From positions 558,001 to 622,000 of the forward strand of contig NIVC01000202.1 in assembly GCA_002269645.1 (NCBI GenBank): a DNA stretch of 64,000 nucleotides, given 5' to 3'. This DNA comes from Macrostomum lignano (lineage: Eukaryota). This document shows, piece by piece, positions 26,963-44,672 of the stretch. Both the position numbers and the translations under genes were made by a program. Position 1 is the first letter of the stretch, and the number at the start of each line of letters is the position of its first letter. A model generated the notes under the pieces. That model was not told the origin of the DNA. It searched no databases and saw nothing but the letters and a program-made list of their open reading frames with translations.

Positions 26963-28268
26963 TGTCGATAGGTGTTCAGTACGTTAGGCACAGGTTTCTT
27001 GACTTGCTTAGTGTACGAGCTATCTTTGAGTCCTCTCTGCCAAAAGCAATGCCATGCAACGCTTGAAGAACTCCTTAAAGATGGAACCGATCAATACTCA
27101 TGATAGTCCTCAGAGTGACACGTGAGAAACTGAGGGGCTGCTGCTGTGTGAGCCAATGAAAAACGTTCACGTGTCAGTGTTGCGTTGCGCTTGAAGAATC
27201 CCCCCTCTCAAGAAATGAAGCGAAAAGAAAAGTGAATAGGCAAAAGATTATTCTTTCCTCTGTTGATCATTATCGTTTTGCATGCCAGCCAAAAATTGTT
27301 TTATCTTGTATGTTTACGAAAGTAGAGCAGATAATAAATCATAAAGACGACGTGACCTCGACAGGCTTGTGGACTGAGGCACAATATGCAACAGATGAAT
27401 GAGACCAGTCTTTTGCTGTTGCTGCGGATTAGCCTGACCGTTAGTAGGTTGGGATTAATAATCTTGCTGATTACCACTATGCTTAATTAAATGGCTGAGC
27501 CGTCGCAGTTTCGAGACTTAGCTTACATCTTTTTAAGATGCCAGGATGAAGGATGAAAAAATCGATCGCTTTGAAGCATTGTCTATACGAGCGTATGTAT
27601 TCTGCTGCTGTAAATGCCTTTAAAAGCGACCAACAGTCTAGAACTTTTTTCAGTGGGCTTACAAGGATGTCCCACAGTGAGAATCGTTTTAGTCTTAGCT
27701 AGAAACTTACCATAGTTACGAGCATCTTTATGCCCTGCTGCATGGGATAGTAGAGAGACAGGCCGACACAAGACAGAGAAAGAGAGAGAAGGCGTCTAAA
27801 AAATCTCTCTAGATCTCAACCTTTATTTGATCCTTTGAAAGTATTCCATTTGCTCCTGTGTAGCGTCAGAGTCGTCCTTGTTATGTACGTTAAAATATGT
27901 AGGAAAAACACACAAATTTTCTTTAAAGATAAAGCTGCTGACTTTCGTGCATAGCACCTGGTGGAGGACTTTAATTACGAGTGTATAATGGACAAAAATT
28001 GCATGTCTTCAAGTTACTCACAAGTTCATGCAATCCATATGCTTGAGCATAGGTATTTTACCAGCAGTTTTATGCTCTAGCTGAAGCGCCTAGTAAAAGG
28101 GTTTAGAGCAGGAGGATTTTAAATTTCACCATAGAAGCAAATTCACATACATGTAAAAAAACTAGAAACTAAGACCAATAAGCTACTCACCATAAAGATA
28201 CAACATGCAGAAAATTCACTGCATCGTCAATGCAATCTTCTTTTTATTAACAAAGCTTCACCGTAGCC

Positions 28269-28269
28269 A

Positions 28270-28328
<59 letters not shown>

Positions 28329-28352
28329 TAATAATGATGATAATGATAATAT
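28269..28352. repeat. (AAT)n microsatellite
   Basis: Directly visible; source of the poly-Ile/Leu ORFs. Confidence 0.95.
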
Positions 28353-28472
28353 TAGTATATGCAGGCCGGTTGTGGGCACCTTGGAGCAACGCATTCGGCA
28401 GCATCGTCTCACAACCAGCGCTGAGGCGATTCTGCCATTCCGCTGACTCCTGAGCACATTCAAGCGCGCTAA

Positions 28473-28775
28473 TACTGTACTCAGGTAAGCACTCATACAC
28501 ACACCTACTATCCTCAGGCAAACGGTCTCACAGAGAGGGCCATGCAAACCGTTAAATCTGCGCTGCAAGCATGGTCGGAGAGTATAATACACATGGAATT
28601 TCCGTCCTGCCTCCAAAAAAGTGCTCATGCACCATCGCAACTCCTCAGCCAGTGCCTAGCCGAGTTGGTGCTTGGCAGACGCCTTCGTGTGTCGGTCGTC
28701 TCACAGTTCGAGCAAGGAGACAACGTCATCTACCAGCCCAAAAATCAACTCTGGGAAGCCAGGCTACATATCTAA
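28473..28775 (+). mobile_element. Decayed Ty3/Gypsy integrase fragment
   Basis: Frame of ORF 28542 reads YYPQANGLTERAMQTVKSAL...CLAELVLGRRLR, matching the retroelement integrase core (PYxPQxNGxxER...SPAELxxGRRLR). Confidence 0.75.
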
Positions 28776-31215
28776 TGACTGCTGGGCATGGATTTTAGAA
28801 GATGAGGGCCTGAAGCTGGCCAGCACCAATCAGTTCGCCCTATCGATGCCACAGCAGGACGTCCTTACAGCGGACGAAGAGGAATGCGACTATGCAGCAG
28901 ACCTCGCTGCAAATGGCGGCCAGAGAAGAGCAGGCACCAACGATCGATGAGCAGGATGCCTCGGGGAACAACCAAATGATGATATCCCGGTGCGCTGAAG
29001 CTCGCGAAATCGTCGCGCTCCTGATTGATTTGTGCCGTAATTGCTGTGCAGCAAAAATGCTGATTAATCCCAAACTTGCGACAAATTCGCCGTTTAACTT
29101 TGTTCAGCCTCAAGCTCCCAAAGCTCACTTTTTCATACTCAAATCCACTAATTCATAACCACCAATGTTTTTCCGTTGCAGTTCTCATTACAGACTGCTG
29201 GACCAGCACGGAGACGGCAAATTCGAACACAGCCTAGCACAGGAGCCAATATGCGGCAGCATCTCCAGAAGCGCCTCCACCCAACAGGTGCCCAGGCTCG
29301 GCCAGCCAAACGTTGAAGACGGTGCTACAAGAGTGGCCGAGTCAAGAAAACTGTCTATTGTTGTGATTACTGCCAGGGTAATCCAGGATTTTGCTTCGGA
29401 TATGGGCATGCCAATCAAAATTAATTGTAACTGCATGCACTTGTTACATTGTGACTTACCCGCTGTTATGCGTATGACTGTGCTACTTGATGTTATCGAT
29501 GTTTCTAGGTCGTTGTTGAATTGCTCGCTTATCATTTTAAAATTGTTCGAATTACTTTTTTCGTGAATTTTTCAGTATAATGTCCTTAGTCCTTAGAAAT
29601 TTTATGTACTGTGCCAGTTACCCCTGAGAAAATATGAACAGCATATATTCACAATTAATAACTCGTTTAGTACCTCTGTTGCGCCATAGTAGAACAAATC
29701 AACTCTGCAGGCCATGCCACAGACGCTAACTAAGACTTGGTAGAAATTTTTGAACATACGCTCGTATCAGCAGCAAATTGAGCCGCAGACCATACATATG
29801 AAACTATAACCTGCAGAGCAGGCCATCTGCAGTCTTGGGGTTTTAAAACCAGTAGGGGGACATATTGTATACAGATCCGAATCCAATGCACTTTTGCTTT
29901 GTCATTGTCCAGCGTCAATTTATTTGTTTGTGTCCCAAACAGTTTCCGACTCCTATTAAGGCTTGCCTTTACTCATCTGGATAAATAAAATATCTTTATA
30001 GCCTAAGCTTCGTCTTTCCAGCTATGCGGTCACATCACATCGTAATGGCGATAGATTTTTTGCCACTTTTACCGAAACTACGGCAATGGCGAAATAAAAT
30101 CGCATGAAATAGCAAAAAATGTACGTAGCAATTTAAGTAAAAAATACAATTGAAGTTTATGTGTTCAATGTTGAGCTATGTACTCAAATGAAAACGCTTG
30201 TGTAGTGTTTAGCTCCTGAAAATTCGTGTGTGTTAAAAGAAAGCTCGTCTGGGAAAATGAAGAACCTCTGAGAACTCCTAAAAGGTGAAGACTCCTGCAA
30301 ATTCCGGATTCTAGGGAAAGCATACGTAGAAAAATCTGAAGAGCCTTTAACGCTTGAACAGGTCACTGACCGGTTTGAGGCAAACCGCCCGCCAGTCAGG
30401 CGGCAATAGAAGATGCACGGCGGAAGCCAGAGGCATCTCTTGCATATTTCTGGACTTCCCTGACTTGAATCATGTGACCAGGACCATCTAGAGGTAAAGA
30501 GAACTCACTGGAAGAAAAGGGGACGAAAGAGAATTGCTACTATATGAAGCGCTTACTTAGTTTTAACTGTCAAGCAGCCACAACTCATAAGACAGTCAAC
30601 CATTTTTAGTCCTATAAATCAGCTTGCAGCTATTTAGCTCAATTATTTTTTTTAATCTGTAAATACATTAAGCTCGCACATCATATTGAATTCATCATAT
30701 AAAAAAACAAAGCACAACAGCCGGAAGACGAAGCTTAGTAAAACTTTTAACTGTTTTATTATACGTACTTGTCATCAGTTTCATGAGACGCACAAAATTT
30801 AGACTCGCTTGAGTGCATGGATCAACTGTAGGTAGCAAAATTCCCTTCCTTATTTTCGTAAATTCTGCACGGCAAGCTCACCAGGAAACCTTACCTGCCA
30901 TTGCGTTTGGAAAACAACTTTTGCTCCTCCATCCGAAACGTGTACAATTCTTGGTAAAAATGTCTGAGTCCCATCTCAGAATGAAGAAAGTCTTAAACGA
31001 GACAAAACCTACCAATTCTTGACAGTATAGGTAAGTGAGGTCAACCACCCGTGACCAAATGCGTAACAGGGTAAGTTTAGGCCAAGAGACGGTGAAAGTG
31101 GAGCGAGACAGTGGATGATGAAGCTTTTGCCCAAGAGCGGTAAAATAGTTTCCAACTGCTTGTCCCTGGGAAACACAATAGTGAAAAAACTGGAGAGCCC
31201 ATTGCTTAGTCTTAC

Positions 31216-34411
<3,196 letters not shown>

Positions 34412-35549
34412 TTTGGTTTCCAGAAAAAGGGCCAACTTAATTGAAATAAGCTTTTATTGTCAGCGCCAAGTCACTGAGGGTCTGTATATATACTGAGAGT
34501 GTGAGTTTACTAACTAACTGGTAAACATGCAGGCCCGATGCCCTACATGTGGGCAAACTGTGGCTTCTAGTTTGAGTATAATTAAGGCTTATGGCGTCAT
34601 ACCTCTCGGGCTGCATCAGTTGTTGACATAAGACTTTTCACGTAAATATTTTATTTCTACAGTATGCTGACACAGATGCCGCAATGGATCTAAAGTACTG
34701 GGCCCATCTTAAAATTTTCATTGAAGAAAAACGTTTTCTAGCCCACTGATAGCTAACGAAAGTAAACCATTGAGACTCCGGCATTTTAAGATGTGGACGG
34801 GATAATATACTGTATGTTGGTAATTTTGAACACTGAACTAGGCTTTAAAAATGAACGAATTCCATGTAGAATGTTATGTTTACCCGTGCACGTCAGCACG
34901 GACTACTTAATTAGAATATAAACGACACTTAATTAGTCCGCGTACACGTCTGGTACCTGTGGTCGGTTTGGCCTCCTGCTCCTGCTCCTCCTGATCGTAT
35001 TTTATACACGTAGATACTGCCAGGCCTTGGGACGCACAAACTTAGCCTGGCACTGTGTTTGGGCTGGGCTCAACAAGCCAAGGGGCCGGACCACCAAACC
35101 CCTCACCAGTCAGAATTCCCGTTGAAATTTTTACCTGGTATCTCATCCGGACTTTTTTGGGGTTCATCCAGAATTTTTTACTATTCGGGTAATACGATCA
35201 GATCCCGGTGGAAATTCCGGATCTGTAACGAAAGTTTACAGAATCCGGGCGAGTTTTCCGGATCAGAATGAAAAATTCCGGAAAATAGACCCGAATCACT
35301 ATAAAAATTCCGGTGACAGTTCCGAGTGAATTCGGGGCGAGTGAACCGGATCTGCAGACGAATCCGGATGAATTTCTTGTTCTGGATGAGTGGACCTTGT
35401 GCTTAACAACGTAGTATAAAATTAAATAAAGAACGGGTCATTGTTCCATAAATTTTCCACGACCCGGAATTCGACTCCGATTTCCCCGGATACCGGGCAC
35501 CGGAGCATGCGCAGGCGTCTGCGCAGGCGTTTTTTGCGCGAGTTCCAGT

Positions 35550-36488
35550 TGTAGAGATCTCCAAACATGGTAGCCTACTAGAAGTAGTAAGATAAAATTA
35601 TGAACACAAATTTAAAAATAGCTATGCGTCATACTCTATTTTTAGTAATACCACTAATATCCCGCAAACAGCGAGTGACTATGCTATTGTCCGAAAAACC
35701 GGTTCTCGACATCTATTTTTAGAACTTCCAAATATAGTTCTGAATGTGAGTTCTAAATGTTAACCTGAATGTGACCCAAGTCTCACCCTTTTCTATTCCA
35801 AATCCCCACCTGTCAAATAATAAAATTCCTTTCATGAACTCATCAAAAAACCGCGGTTCTGAGCTCAAGGTCGACTCAAGGCTTACAAATTGTGTATCAA
35901 TACAAACGCAAAATCTGAGCTGAAATCTCAGACTCGGAGCAGCCTCCAAAGATCTTGGGCTTTGCAAGAGCAGCCAAACGAGGCTACATCTCTGAGGAAG
36001 AGATAAACACCGATTGGTAAGCTTTGTTCGAGTCTTCGTTATTTTGATTATTGAGAGCTATTGTTATTGCCGGCCGTTAATGTTCAGTTGATTTTATTGA
36101 GACAATTGAGTTTGAGGCCTCCCTTTTCCTAAGGGATAGGATAGGATCTGCGGACCGATTCCGATACACTTAGAGGATTATCGAGTTATTGATTTTATTT
36201 TATTCTAGATTAACCGATAGGAGCACACGACTCCGATTCCGTTAGTTCTAGAAGAAGACGCCCTTTTTGGAGGACCTCGTATTATTATAGAAGTTGATTT
36301 TGTTATTAGGGCGCATCGTTGACATTGATTTCTGCACTCGAGGAATACGTTGATTTCTGCTCTCAAAGAATACTGCGACGTCGATTTAATTGTTACGCTC
36401 TCACTTTCGGCCGATTTTAGAAATCAAGAAGACTACTCTGGAAGTGGGAGTTTTCGAGTGACTGATCACCACTCGATCAAACTCTTCA
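35550..36488 (+). mobile_element. Solo LTR (copy C), TG...CA, TSD CAGT
   Basis: TGTAGAGATCTCC...AAACTCTTCA with CAGT at 35546-35549 and 36489-36492. A 4-bp TSD is typical of some Ty3/Gypsy lineages. Confidence 0.85.
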
Positions 36489-39108
36489 CAGTTTCCGGAA
36501 GTCGGCCTCTAATTTTCGGCAGCTTGGACGTGACCCATAACGATTCGTCGCGCCTTCACCCGATCCTTCGCCTTCGCCTTCTTTAACTCATCGAGGCTTA
36601 TTGGCACGTTAACGTGCTTGCAGTAACCCTGGACAGTCTCCAGTTTAGCGGTGTTAGCTACACGGACTTGTCTAGCCTCGCCATGCATCCAGTTCTATCA
36701 GACTCCGAGTTCACTACGAAGTTGACCATTTTCGGTTTCCATGACCCTTATACTTGTAATATCCTGTCGCCCACTGCACTTTCTCTTCATTGCAATCGTC
36801 CCTGAGCGCATACGGTGTGGGATTTCGACCGGTGTCGCTGGTTACGCTGCGCGTCACTTTGAAGGCGACGCCATCATCGTCCCGAGAAGTCGAAGGTGAC
36901 GAGACGCACGTAGCAGTCGCCGTATACGCCTCTGCCTGCCTGCCTGCTTGCCTGCCTGCCTGCCTGCCTATCCATGCAGTTTGTTGAGTTAACGTATAAA
37001 ATAATCAAAAAGTTGATGGGTTTCGGCCTTTTCGGCCCCTTTCGGGAAGCCTTCGGGCCTCAGGTCTCAGAAATAAATTAATTAGAGTCCTGGCCCCCAA
37101 CTCCTGTCACATGGTCAGCCCCATGGTAGCTTGATCGTGTGGCGAGCAGTCTAGGTCCTATAGCTAAGAGAAGGACAGCGAGAGACAAGCAGGGAGAATT
37201 TTGAAGGTATAGATCAGCTAATCCACAGATTAACTAACTTGCTGCCACCAGCCCGTGCGCCCTGCTCACCAAACCGGAACTTTCGAAATCGGGCTTCCAA
37301 CTAGAGGGGGCTTAGCACTTACCTGCCAACTAGTGTCTTTTTGCTGTCAATCTCGAAGTCATAGCCGATGTAAAGGGATACTGTTGGGACTTGATCGCAT
37401 TGACCATGCAGGTACAGAGGGGACTTGTGCAGGGGATTCTTGCAGTGGCGAGACTATGGGGTAGCTACATTTACTATTACATTGCTAAATACGAGGAATT
37501 GTAATTTTGGCCTTCAACGCACTAACTAGCCTCTCGTAGCGCTGATGATAGGCTAACTCGAACATCGGAGACCGCATGATTCATTACCCGAGCCGCTTGG
37601 CGGACCTAGAGTGCACAGAGTACATCTCTAGCGCCGATTTTGCACTATTGGCAATTTTGCTCACTGATTTGATAGATTGATCGACTGAAAACTGCCTTGC
37701 CATTGGTCCACTGTAACCGGCGCCTACTAGCTTAGCTACTCATCTGAGCCATCGGCAAACAAAGAAATAAAACCGATAAAAATAACTTTCAGATTTAACC
37801 TTCTCCTTAAATCACTTCATACTTCAGATTAAATTGGAGTCTCAGACTACTAACAGTATTATTGAATGATTCCTGCCTCAGCAACAGCACTACTGAACAA
37901 ATTGAGCAAAAGTGTGCGCCTAATCCAGCTACTGAAATAGGGGACAGATAAGGAATCACCCAATCAAGCAAGTCTAGGTAGCCTATCACCCAACCAATCA
38001 GAAACTCAACAGCCGGAGACCAGGTAATCCACAGTGATCAAATCGGCTTAGTGCTTCGCAGCTGTAGGCCCGGGATGATGCTGATGTCACAATCTTCGCA
38101 GATAGCTAGCAGGTGATGTTCTTAATCTTGATGTTCGCTGCTGACGACCGGGGGGATTCGTCCTTGATGATGATGGGGGGAGTCGCGATCCGGGGATCAA
38201 GAGACGATGGTCGAGCTCCGGGTGGTCTAAGTTAGGCCAAAGTCCCAGGAGGTGGAGCAGGAGGTTGAGTCCGAGCGGGCCAAAAACACCGGTTTTTATA
38301 GCCGCCAACTGGACCGCAATTTGTTATAATGGAACACCTCGACGCTGATTGGCTGAGCCGATTTGTTATAACGCACGTCGAATTTTCTAAATGGCTGAGC
38401 TTGTTGCCACCCAAACTCACGTGACCAGGAAATCCTATCAGTTCCCTCGGGGCCATAAAAATACGACAGGTGCGGTCACAAATCACTCAAAATCGCTACA
38501 TAATGATTTATGACCTTTCGCGTAGGAATGACAAAAATTAATGAAAAAATATACATTAGAAAGCTCTTATTAAGTAGAAAGTGAAGATAATGAAGAGAAA
38601 TCGCTAATCGCTAATCTCAAAGTACTTTTAGGGGTAAAACGCATAGCTGTCAAAGCTGTCACACGCTTGAGTGAACACGAACAATAGGCCCTGACCTCAT
38701 AAATCTTGATGGCCTGTCAAAATGATGAGAAAAAAGCTACCGCCCGCATCCTCTCAGACCATCTGGCGCCAGTCTCAGCATTGAGTGAGGCGCAGGTGGC
38801 TGTCAGACCAGCTCGAAAGCAATGATTTATGACCCAAAAGCCGCACCTACCAGGTATGTTATTGTAACTACAAGTATGACAAAATCATATAACTGAATTG
38901 TAGGAAAATTACATAAAAGAAAAGAAAAGATGCCCATAGCCTGTTGTTAGTAGGCTAGTAAGTTTGGAGCCCATACGCGAGCGTGAAGTTTGGAAAAAAG
39001 TGCGTCCTCATCAAAGTCAAAAAACAAGAAGCGCGCATATACGAGTATGAACTGAAGTTCTGAAGCATATGCTGAAGCACAAAGTGCTGTAGTTTATTTT
39101 GGCAAGCG

Positions 39109-39352
39109 GTAAACGACATGTTTCGCCTCGTGTCAGGCATCGAGAGGCTCTGAAAAAATACCAACGATTATTTGTTCATTTATTTTTATTCAACTATTTG
39201 GATGAAAGCGGGTCAATATTAGTCAGTGGTCTTCTCTAATCTCCTAAGCTTAAAATCTAGATTTTGGACCGCCACTTAAATCTTGGGCTGAAGATTTTTT
39301 AAGAGTGGGACGATACGGTCGATACCTGACGCGAGGCGAAACATGTCGCTTA
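39109..39352. mobile_element. Small MITE-like element with about 35-bp inverted repeats
   Basis: GTAAACGACATGTTTCGCCTCGTGTCAGGCATCGA at the left end is nearly the reverse complement of TCGATACCTGACGCGAGGCGAAACATGTCGCTTAC at the right end. TSD not identified. Confidence 0.55.
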
Positions 39353-42300
39353 CAAAAAATGATAGCGTTCAAATTTTTAAATATGAATAGCATATGCATA
39401 TTAATAGCAACTACACATACGCGTGGCGTTACAAATTGTTATAGCAACAATCAATTATAGCATTTTATAGCTCGCTCGCCGGCTGCCAACACCCTAGAGC
39501 GTTCCTACGTCATAATTGATTGTCATAATCGAGCGTCATAGTCATAATTATTAGTATTATTATTAGCAGTGGCGTGGCGCCGACACAGGGGCCGGGTTTG
39601 TCGCAGGTTAGAGGAGGGGGGCAACCTACAACAGATCCTCGAGCACGAATGCATCGCCGAATGTGCAGTACCGCACACGCCAGTAATAGCAACAGCAACG
39701 TTGTCCGCTGTACGACAACGTTGCCCTCTGCGACGAATGCATCAAGCAACTGTTTGATGACCCCTTTTTTTGCCTTCGGCAGGCCGCTGCTCCTGGTGGG
39801 ACGATCGATTGTTCACGAGCGACCAACGCAATGCGTCGCTCCTATTAACAATCGCTACCCTTCCGGTCAGGCCTGGCTTACCGAGACCTCTAAGGTGGAC
39901 ATGCACACCGGGTCCACATCGCAAGTGTTAGCAGACCCAGGATTTCGATTTGCAGTTGTAGAAGCGACATCGTGATTGGTCCTGACAGAAAAATGCAGCT
40001 GCACACTGCATGGCTTTGGCAAAGCCCTCCGACTGCCGCTGTTCTTCTTTGCGGATTTAATCAACAGAGCGGCAAGGACTACTTAAGTAGACGTTTGTTA
40101 CTTTTAGTCGTCCTTGCCGAGCGCGGTTGCTCAATGACCAAGGGTTCATTTGTCGGACCAACTCCACTGAGTGAGAAGCTCAGATACATGTACGTCGGCA
40201 CACTGCTGCCTGGTATGTAGGAAGGCGCCATGCACTGCTCGGCATCCGGCTGCTGGCTGGCGATTAGCGAGATAATAAGTTTTCAGATTTTTGGCACGTC
40301 GACAATCTCTCATTGTCACAAATACGAAATACAGGGCCTTTCCCAACATCATCAGACGTGTTCAAGTTTTCACATACGTAGAACATATGATTCGGCACAT
40401 AAATTTAAAGTAATGACTTAGAATTTCACTTATATATTCCTACCTGTAGGGATTGCACGAAAATTTGATACTTTTAAGGGATCTGACGCTTAAGAGAGAG
40501 TGTTAAATTAATAGATAGATATAATAGTATTACATCGCACAATCGAGGTCCTTGCTAGCTTAGGCTTTTTAAACTTAGTTTTGATATAAAGTGTTCCAAG
40601 TGTGTATTACTGCTGCTCGGCTGACAGAATGTAGAGCCTGCGGCTGAAAATACAAAGGTGAAGAAGTCTCGTAAACCAGACTAGAATTATCTTGCCTTCA
40701 AACAAGAGAAGGAATCTAATTCTCAAGAGCAAATAGATGCATTTGTGGCTGCGCTAAATGGGCTTGTTAAAAATAAAGACAAAGAAAAGCAATTTGATCA
40801 TCCCGAAAGTCGTTTCATACGAAAAAGTTTTGTTTTACTAAGGAATGACAAGCATGACAAGTTAAATGCTTAAATAGGTAACTTGCGAACTTTATAAAAA
40901 AATCCGTCAAAGCAAAGGCATAAGGTCGACATTAAGCTAATTTTAAAGTACGTAAAGAAGCAACACCAACGATTATCTTTCATATCCGGTCTGATTGATA
41001 ATGTAATAACGTCGTCGATGAATTAAGCCCTATCCTCATGACCTGTTGATTCTTGATAGATATTTAATGGACCTAATATTAAGCTTAGGGTAGTATAGAC
41101 TAGGCGCTAGGCCTGGGTTTTGCACCCTGAATTTTGAAATGTAATATACAAATATTTAAATACAATACTTGCATTAAGGCCTATTTGAGATTTTATTTGG
41201 CAATATTCATTTATTTTATCATTTTTATGGAATGTTTAAATGTATATGGGGCATGGGCCCCTTCAGATAAACCTTGGACTGGAGCCACAATGTCTATAGC
41301 ATAGGTTAGTTAGGCCTAGTCATACTAACAGTACATGAGTTAAGCTAAAAATAAGGTTGTCTACTTTAAGTTTACCAATTCTACCTTGCTTGAGCCTATT
41401 TGAAGAATGTTTACTTAAGCATCTAGCAAAAAGGGACCCCTAATTGGCCAAGCCTTATGTAAAATAGTTTTAAAATTTAAATTAATTATTCTTTCAAAAT
41501 GAAAATCTATGCCAATAATAGCCTTTTTCAAATGAAAGAGTTTAAAATAGTTTAATATATGTTTTTTTTATTTCTATGGTCAACAGGTTGATTTACTTCT
41601 GGGTTATTTGGCTAGGCCCTAGGGGCCTAGTCATTTGTATAGGTCTACGTCTACTTGCTTTTGAAAAGCTCATTTTGCAAGCATTTGAATATCAATTGTA
41701 CTCATGTCCAGGGTTTTCTTTTTCCCCAGAGACAAGGTGCAAAATCGCACCCTATGCTTACTTTCATGGTGTGAATTTTTAAGGCTCAAAGTGCAATCTC
41801 TTTTTTCTTATTTTAAGGCAGTGTGAATAAGGCTTTAATAGAAAAATAGGTTATAAGACTATATATATGTTTCAATTTCAGGGTGCAATTTTAAAATTTA
41901 TGGTATATACGCACACTCTATATACAAAAAATAAACCTAGCTCATGTCATGAAGGAGGTATATGTAAATAGGTAGGCCCTTTTTGGACATTAGTCAGTCA
42001 TTAGTTATTTTGGTAAAAGGCTTTTCACCAAAACATTTATGGTAACAGATAAAATTCAAACATCGGTAACTTAGGGAATTTTTCAGTAATATTATGTACA
42101 ACAAGTGTGTGTAACAAGTGCGCAAACTTTAAAAAACAACAAGTAACAATCAATTGCTTTGGTGCTCAATCAGTTGGTATGTACGCAATATACTCTTAAA
42201 ACTTAAAGTAGAAGCCACATGATCTAGGATCATATTTTTTACCTTTTTACTTTTAAAAGGTAATAACTGTATAATTACCTATAATTGTATAATTACCTTA

Positions 42301-42749
42301 ATTAAGGGTAATAATTTTTTATAATTGCACTACGAGTATTTGGTGAAATTTTTGTACTATTGGGAAATATTTAATGCTAAATTGGCTATTTGGCACCTAA
42401 AATTTCATTTTCAAGTACTGGAGGACCAGACTTATCAAAAAACAACTTCCATTACCAAAGTCTGGCATTCTAAAAAAGAACCGGAAAAAAGTGCCACTTT
42501 AAAAAAAGTAACCTTTGGTACTCAAAGTGCCAGAAGTGTTGGAACTTTGCATTAACACTGGTAATGCACTATAACTATATGGTGCCTTCTAAATGTGGTG
42601 AAAACTTTTTACCAAAATTACTTTTGTCACCTTTGTTGACGCTATCCAGAAAAATCCAATGGCATAGATTGGCTTTGTCAGTTCTTAAGTTCTCATCTAT
42701 GTCAATAAGCAAGTCAACACATCACTTCCGCTTTGTTACTGCAACAGTA

Positions 42750-44672
42750 GATCAAGCAACAGTACTAGTTATGTAGAAAATTATATTTAGATCATCAATT
42801 GATAGTTCTATATTGAGTTTGATAGCCTCAGATAAAGAATCAGCAACATTTTCCAGTTCTGTTGTTTTTTCTATCTGGCATTCTTCCATTGAAAGTGCAG
42901 CTGCTTTTTTGATATCCAGTAGTGTTATATTTGAAAACTTCAGAAGTGAGACTATGCAGAATTTTCTGTTATCCTCCAAAACTTGTTTCATTGACACAAA
43001 GTAATTTGCACCAATTAGCTATCACAGCTAGCCAAATTGAGATTCCAATGCATTTGATTGTATTTGACCTAAAAAACGTAATTGAATCCTAGATGATCAA
43101 TAAAGAAACTAGCATAGTCCAAAAAAGTAAGACAAGCTTGCCTCAAAGTGAGGAACTTTTCTGCCATTAATCCCAACTGACCACTAGACTTCTACCATTG
43201 CAAAAAATTGGCAAAATCTTTAAGAAACACTAATTTCCAGTCCAAAGACAAGCACATGGGGTCCATACTTATATCTCGCGTATGCTTTCCTTTAACAGAT
43301 GATTTTACATTTAGCACATTCTAAAGCTTTAAAACAAGTAATATAAAGGGGCCATCCCATTCCATTCAGGCTTTCCACTATGTCTAGAATAGTATATGAG
43401 CACGTCTCTTGTAGACTGAGAACACAGTAGTTGCCAGTTGCACAGAGACCCATTCAATATTTTTTGGTTCTAGAATGGTGCATGAAAGGATGCACTATCA
43501 TCTGGAAAACTATATACTTCCCTGCTGCTATATTCTATACATTTTGCTATGTATATTTTGTCAATAATCAGCAACATGTTCTTTTGAAATTGTTTAGGTT
43601 AGAGATTTGAAGGTTTAAATAGGCAAAATTGTCTAGTCTAGACTTGCCTTGTACATGTTTAATAATCATCTGTAGAGTTCTAATAGATAGTAGGCATAGT
43701 ACATCTTCTAGTAGAACTTAGTAGGCTGCTAAACTTGAGGCATGGACAAGATAGGCTAAAATCAATAGCTTGGGTGAGTAATTCCAATGGTACTTTGTTA
43801 AAGAAGCCAACTCAATTTGTTCAAGAATTAAGCTAAGCTTCCAATGTTTGTCACATCCCTCCACTAGAGTTCCTATATATCTTTTTAAGTTTGTGATAGC
43901 AGAGTCCAAAAATTGATCTGATGCATATTTTTTATCACTACACTATGCTTTTAAGCAAGCCAAGAGATTCAATAATTGAGACAAAGTACTTAGTCTATCT
44001 GACAGGATGTCATGGTAAGGCCTAGGCAAAATGACTTCTTTGCCACAACTTACCTGCACTTAAAATCAGCATAAACTGAGATTGAACTGGTCACATTTAG
44101 AATGCCACTGATATATGATAAAAAGTAGATAATCAAAATCCCATCTATGATGACAATCTGAAATCCTTCAGGCTTTTTGTTCCTTAGCCAGTCAACCTTT
44201 CACCTCTTTCAGACTCAGGGAGCTAATGTTATTGTTATCTTCAAATGCCTCTCCCATGGCTTTTAAGTGTTGGACTTCCTTCTCTAGGTGACCAGAAGAG
44301 TTGCAATGGAAGCAGAGTGTCAAACAGTAGCTAGCTTTGAGTACAGGTAAGACAGTGCATTAGGAAAGATAGCATCCAGGGTATTGCATCCTTCTTAAAG
44401 TACCTTTTTATTAGCTTCTTCATGGCAAAGTTCTTTGATCTGCAAAAATTGCTATTGGAATGTTCTTCAATGAAGTCACTAGGCACAAAATGCAGGGAGC
44501 ACATTCTGGAGTGCTTAGATGATACAAAATCTTTTCTTGGGTTCGCTTTCAACCATAAAGCTTTAAGAGCTTCATCTTTTGGAAAAGAATGGAATGTCAC
44601 CTTAGTCTCATCTTGTTGCGGATGATTTTTGTAGCCACTTGTGCAGCCAAATGCATAGCACTTGTAACCTAT
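42750..44672 (-). pseudogene. Decayed THAP-domain P-element-superfamily (THAP9-like) transposase
   Basis: Probable start decayed to ATA at 44672, then GYKCYAFGC...TFHSFPKD...W...R...MCSLHF..DF...KKDAIP (C2CH THAP). Further on: YSPKLLILAYLVHASSLAAY, LLIIDKIYIAKCIEYS (catalytic-region like) and ANYFVSMKQVLEDNRKFCIVSLLKFS. Multiple stops and frameshifts. Confidence 0.8.

Noticed and set aside
40620-40810. Lys/Glu-rich coding-looking stretch (NVEPAAENTKVKKSRKPD*...)
   Set aside because: Interrupted by a stop and not assignable; probably transposon debris.
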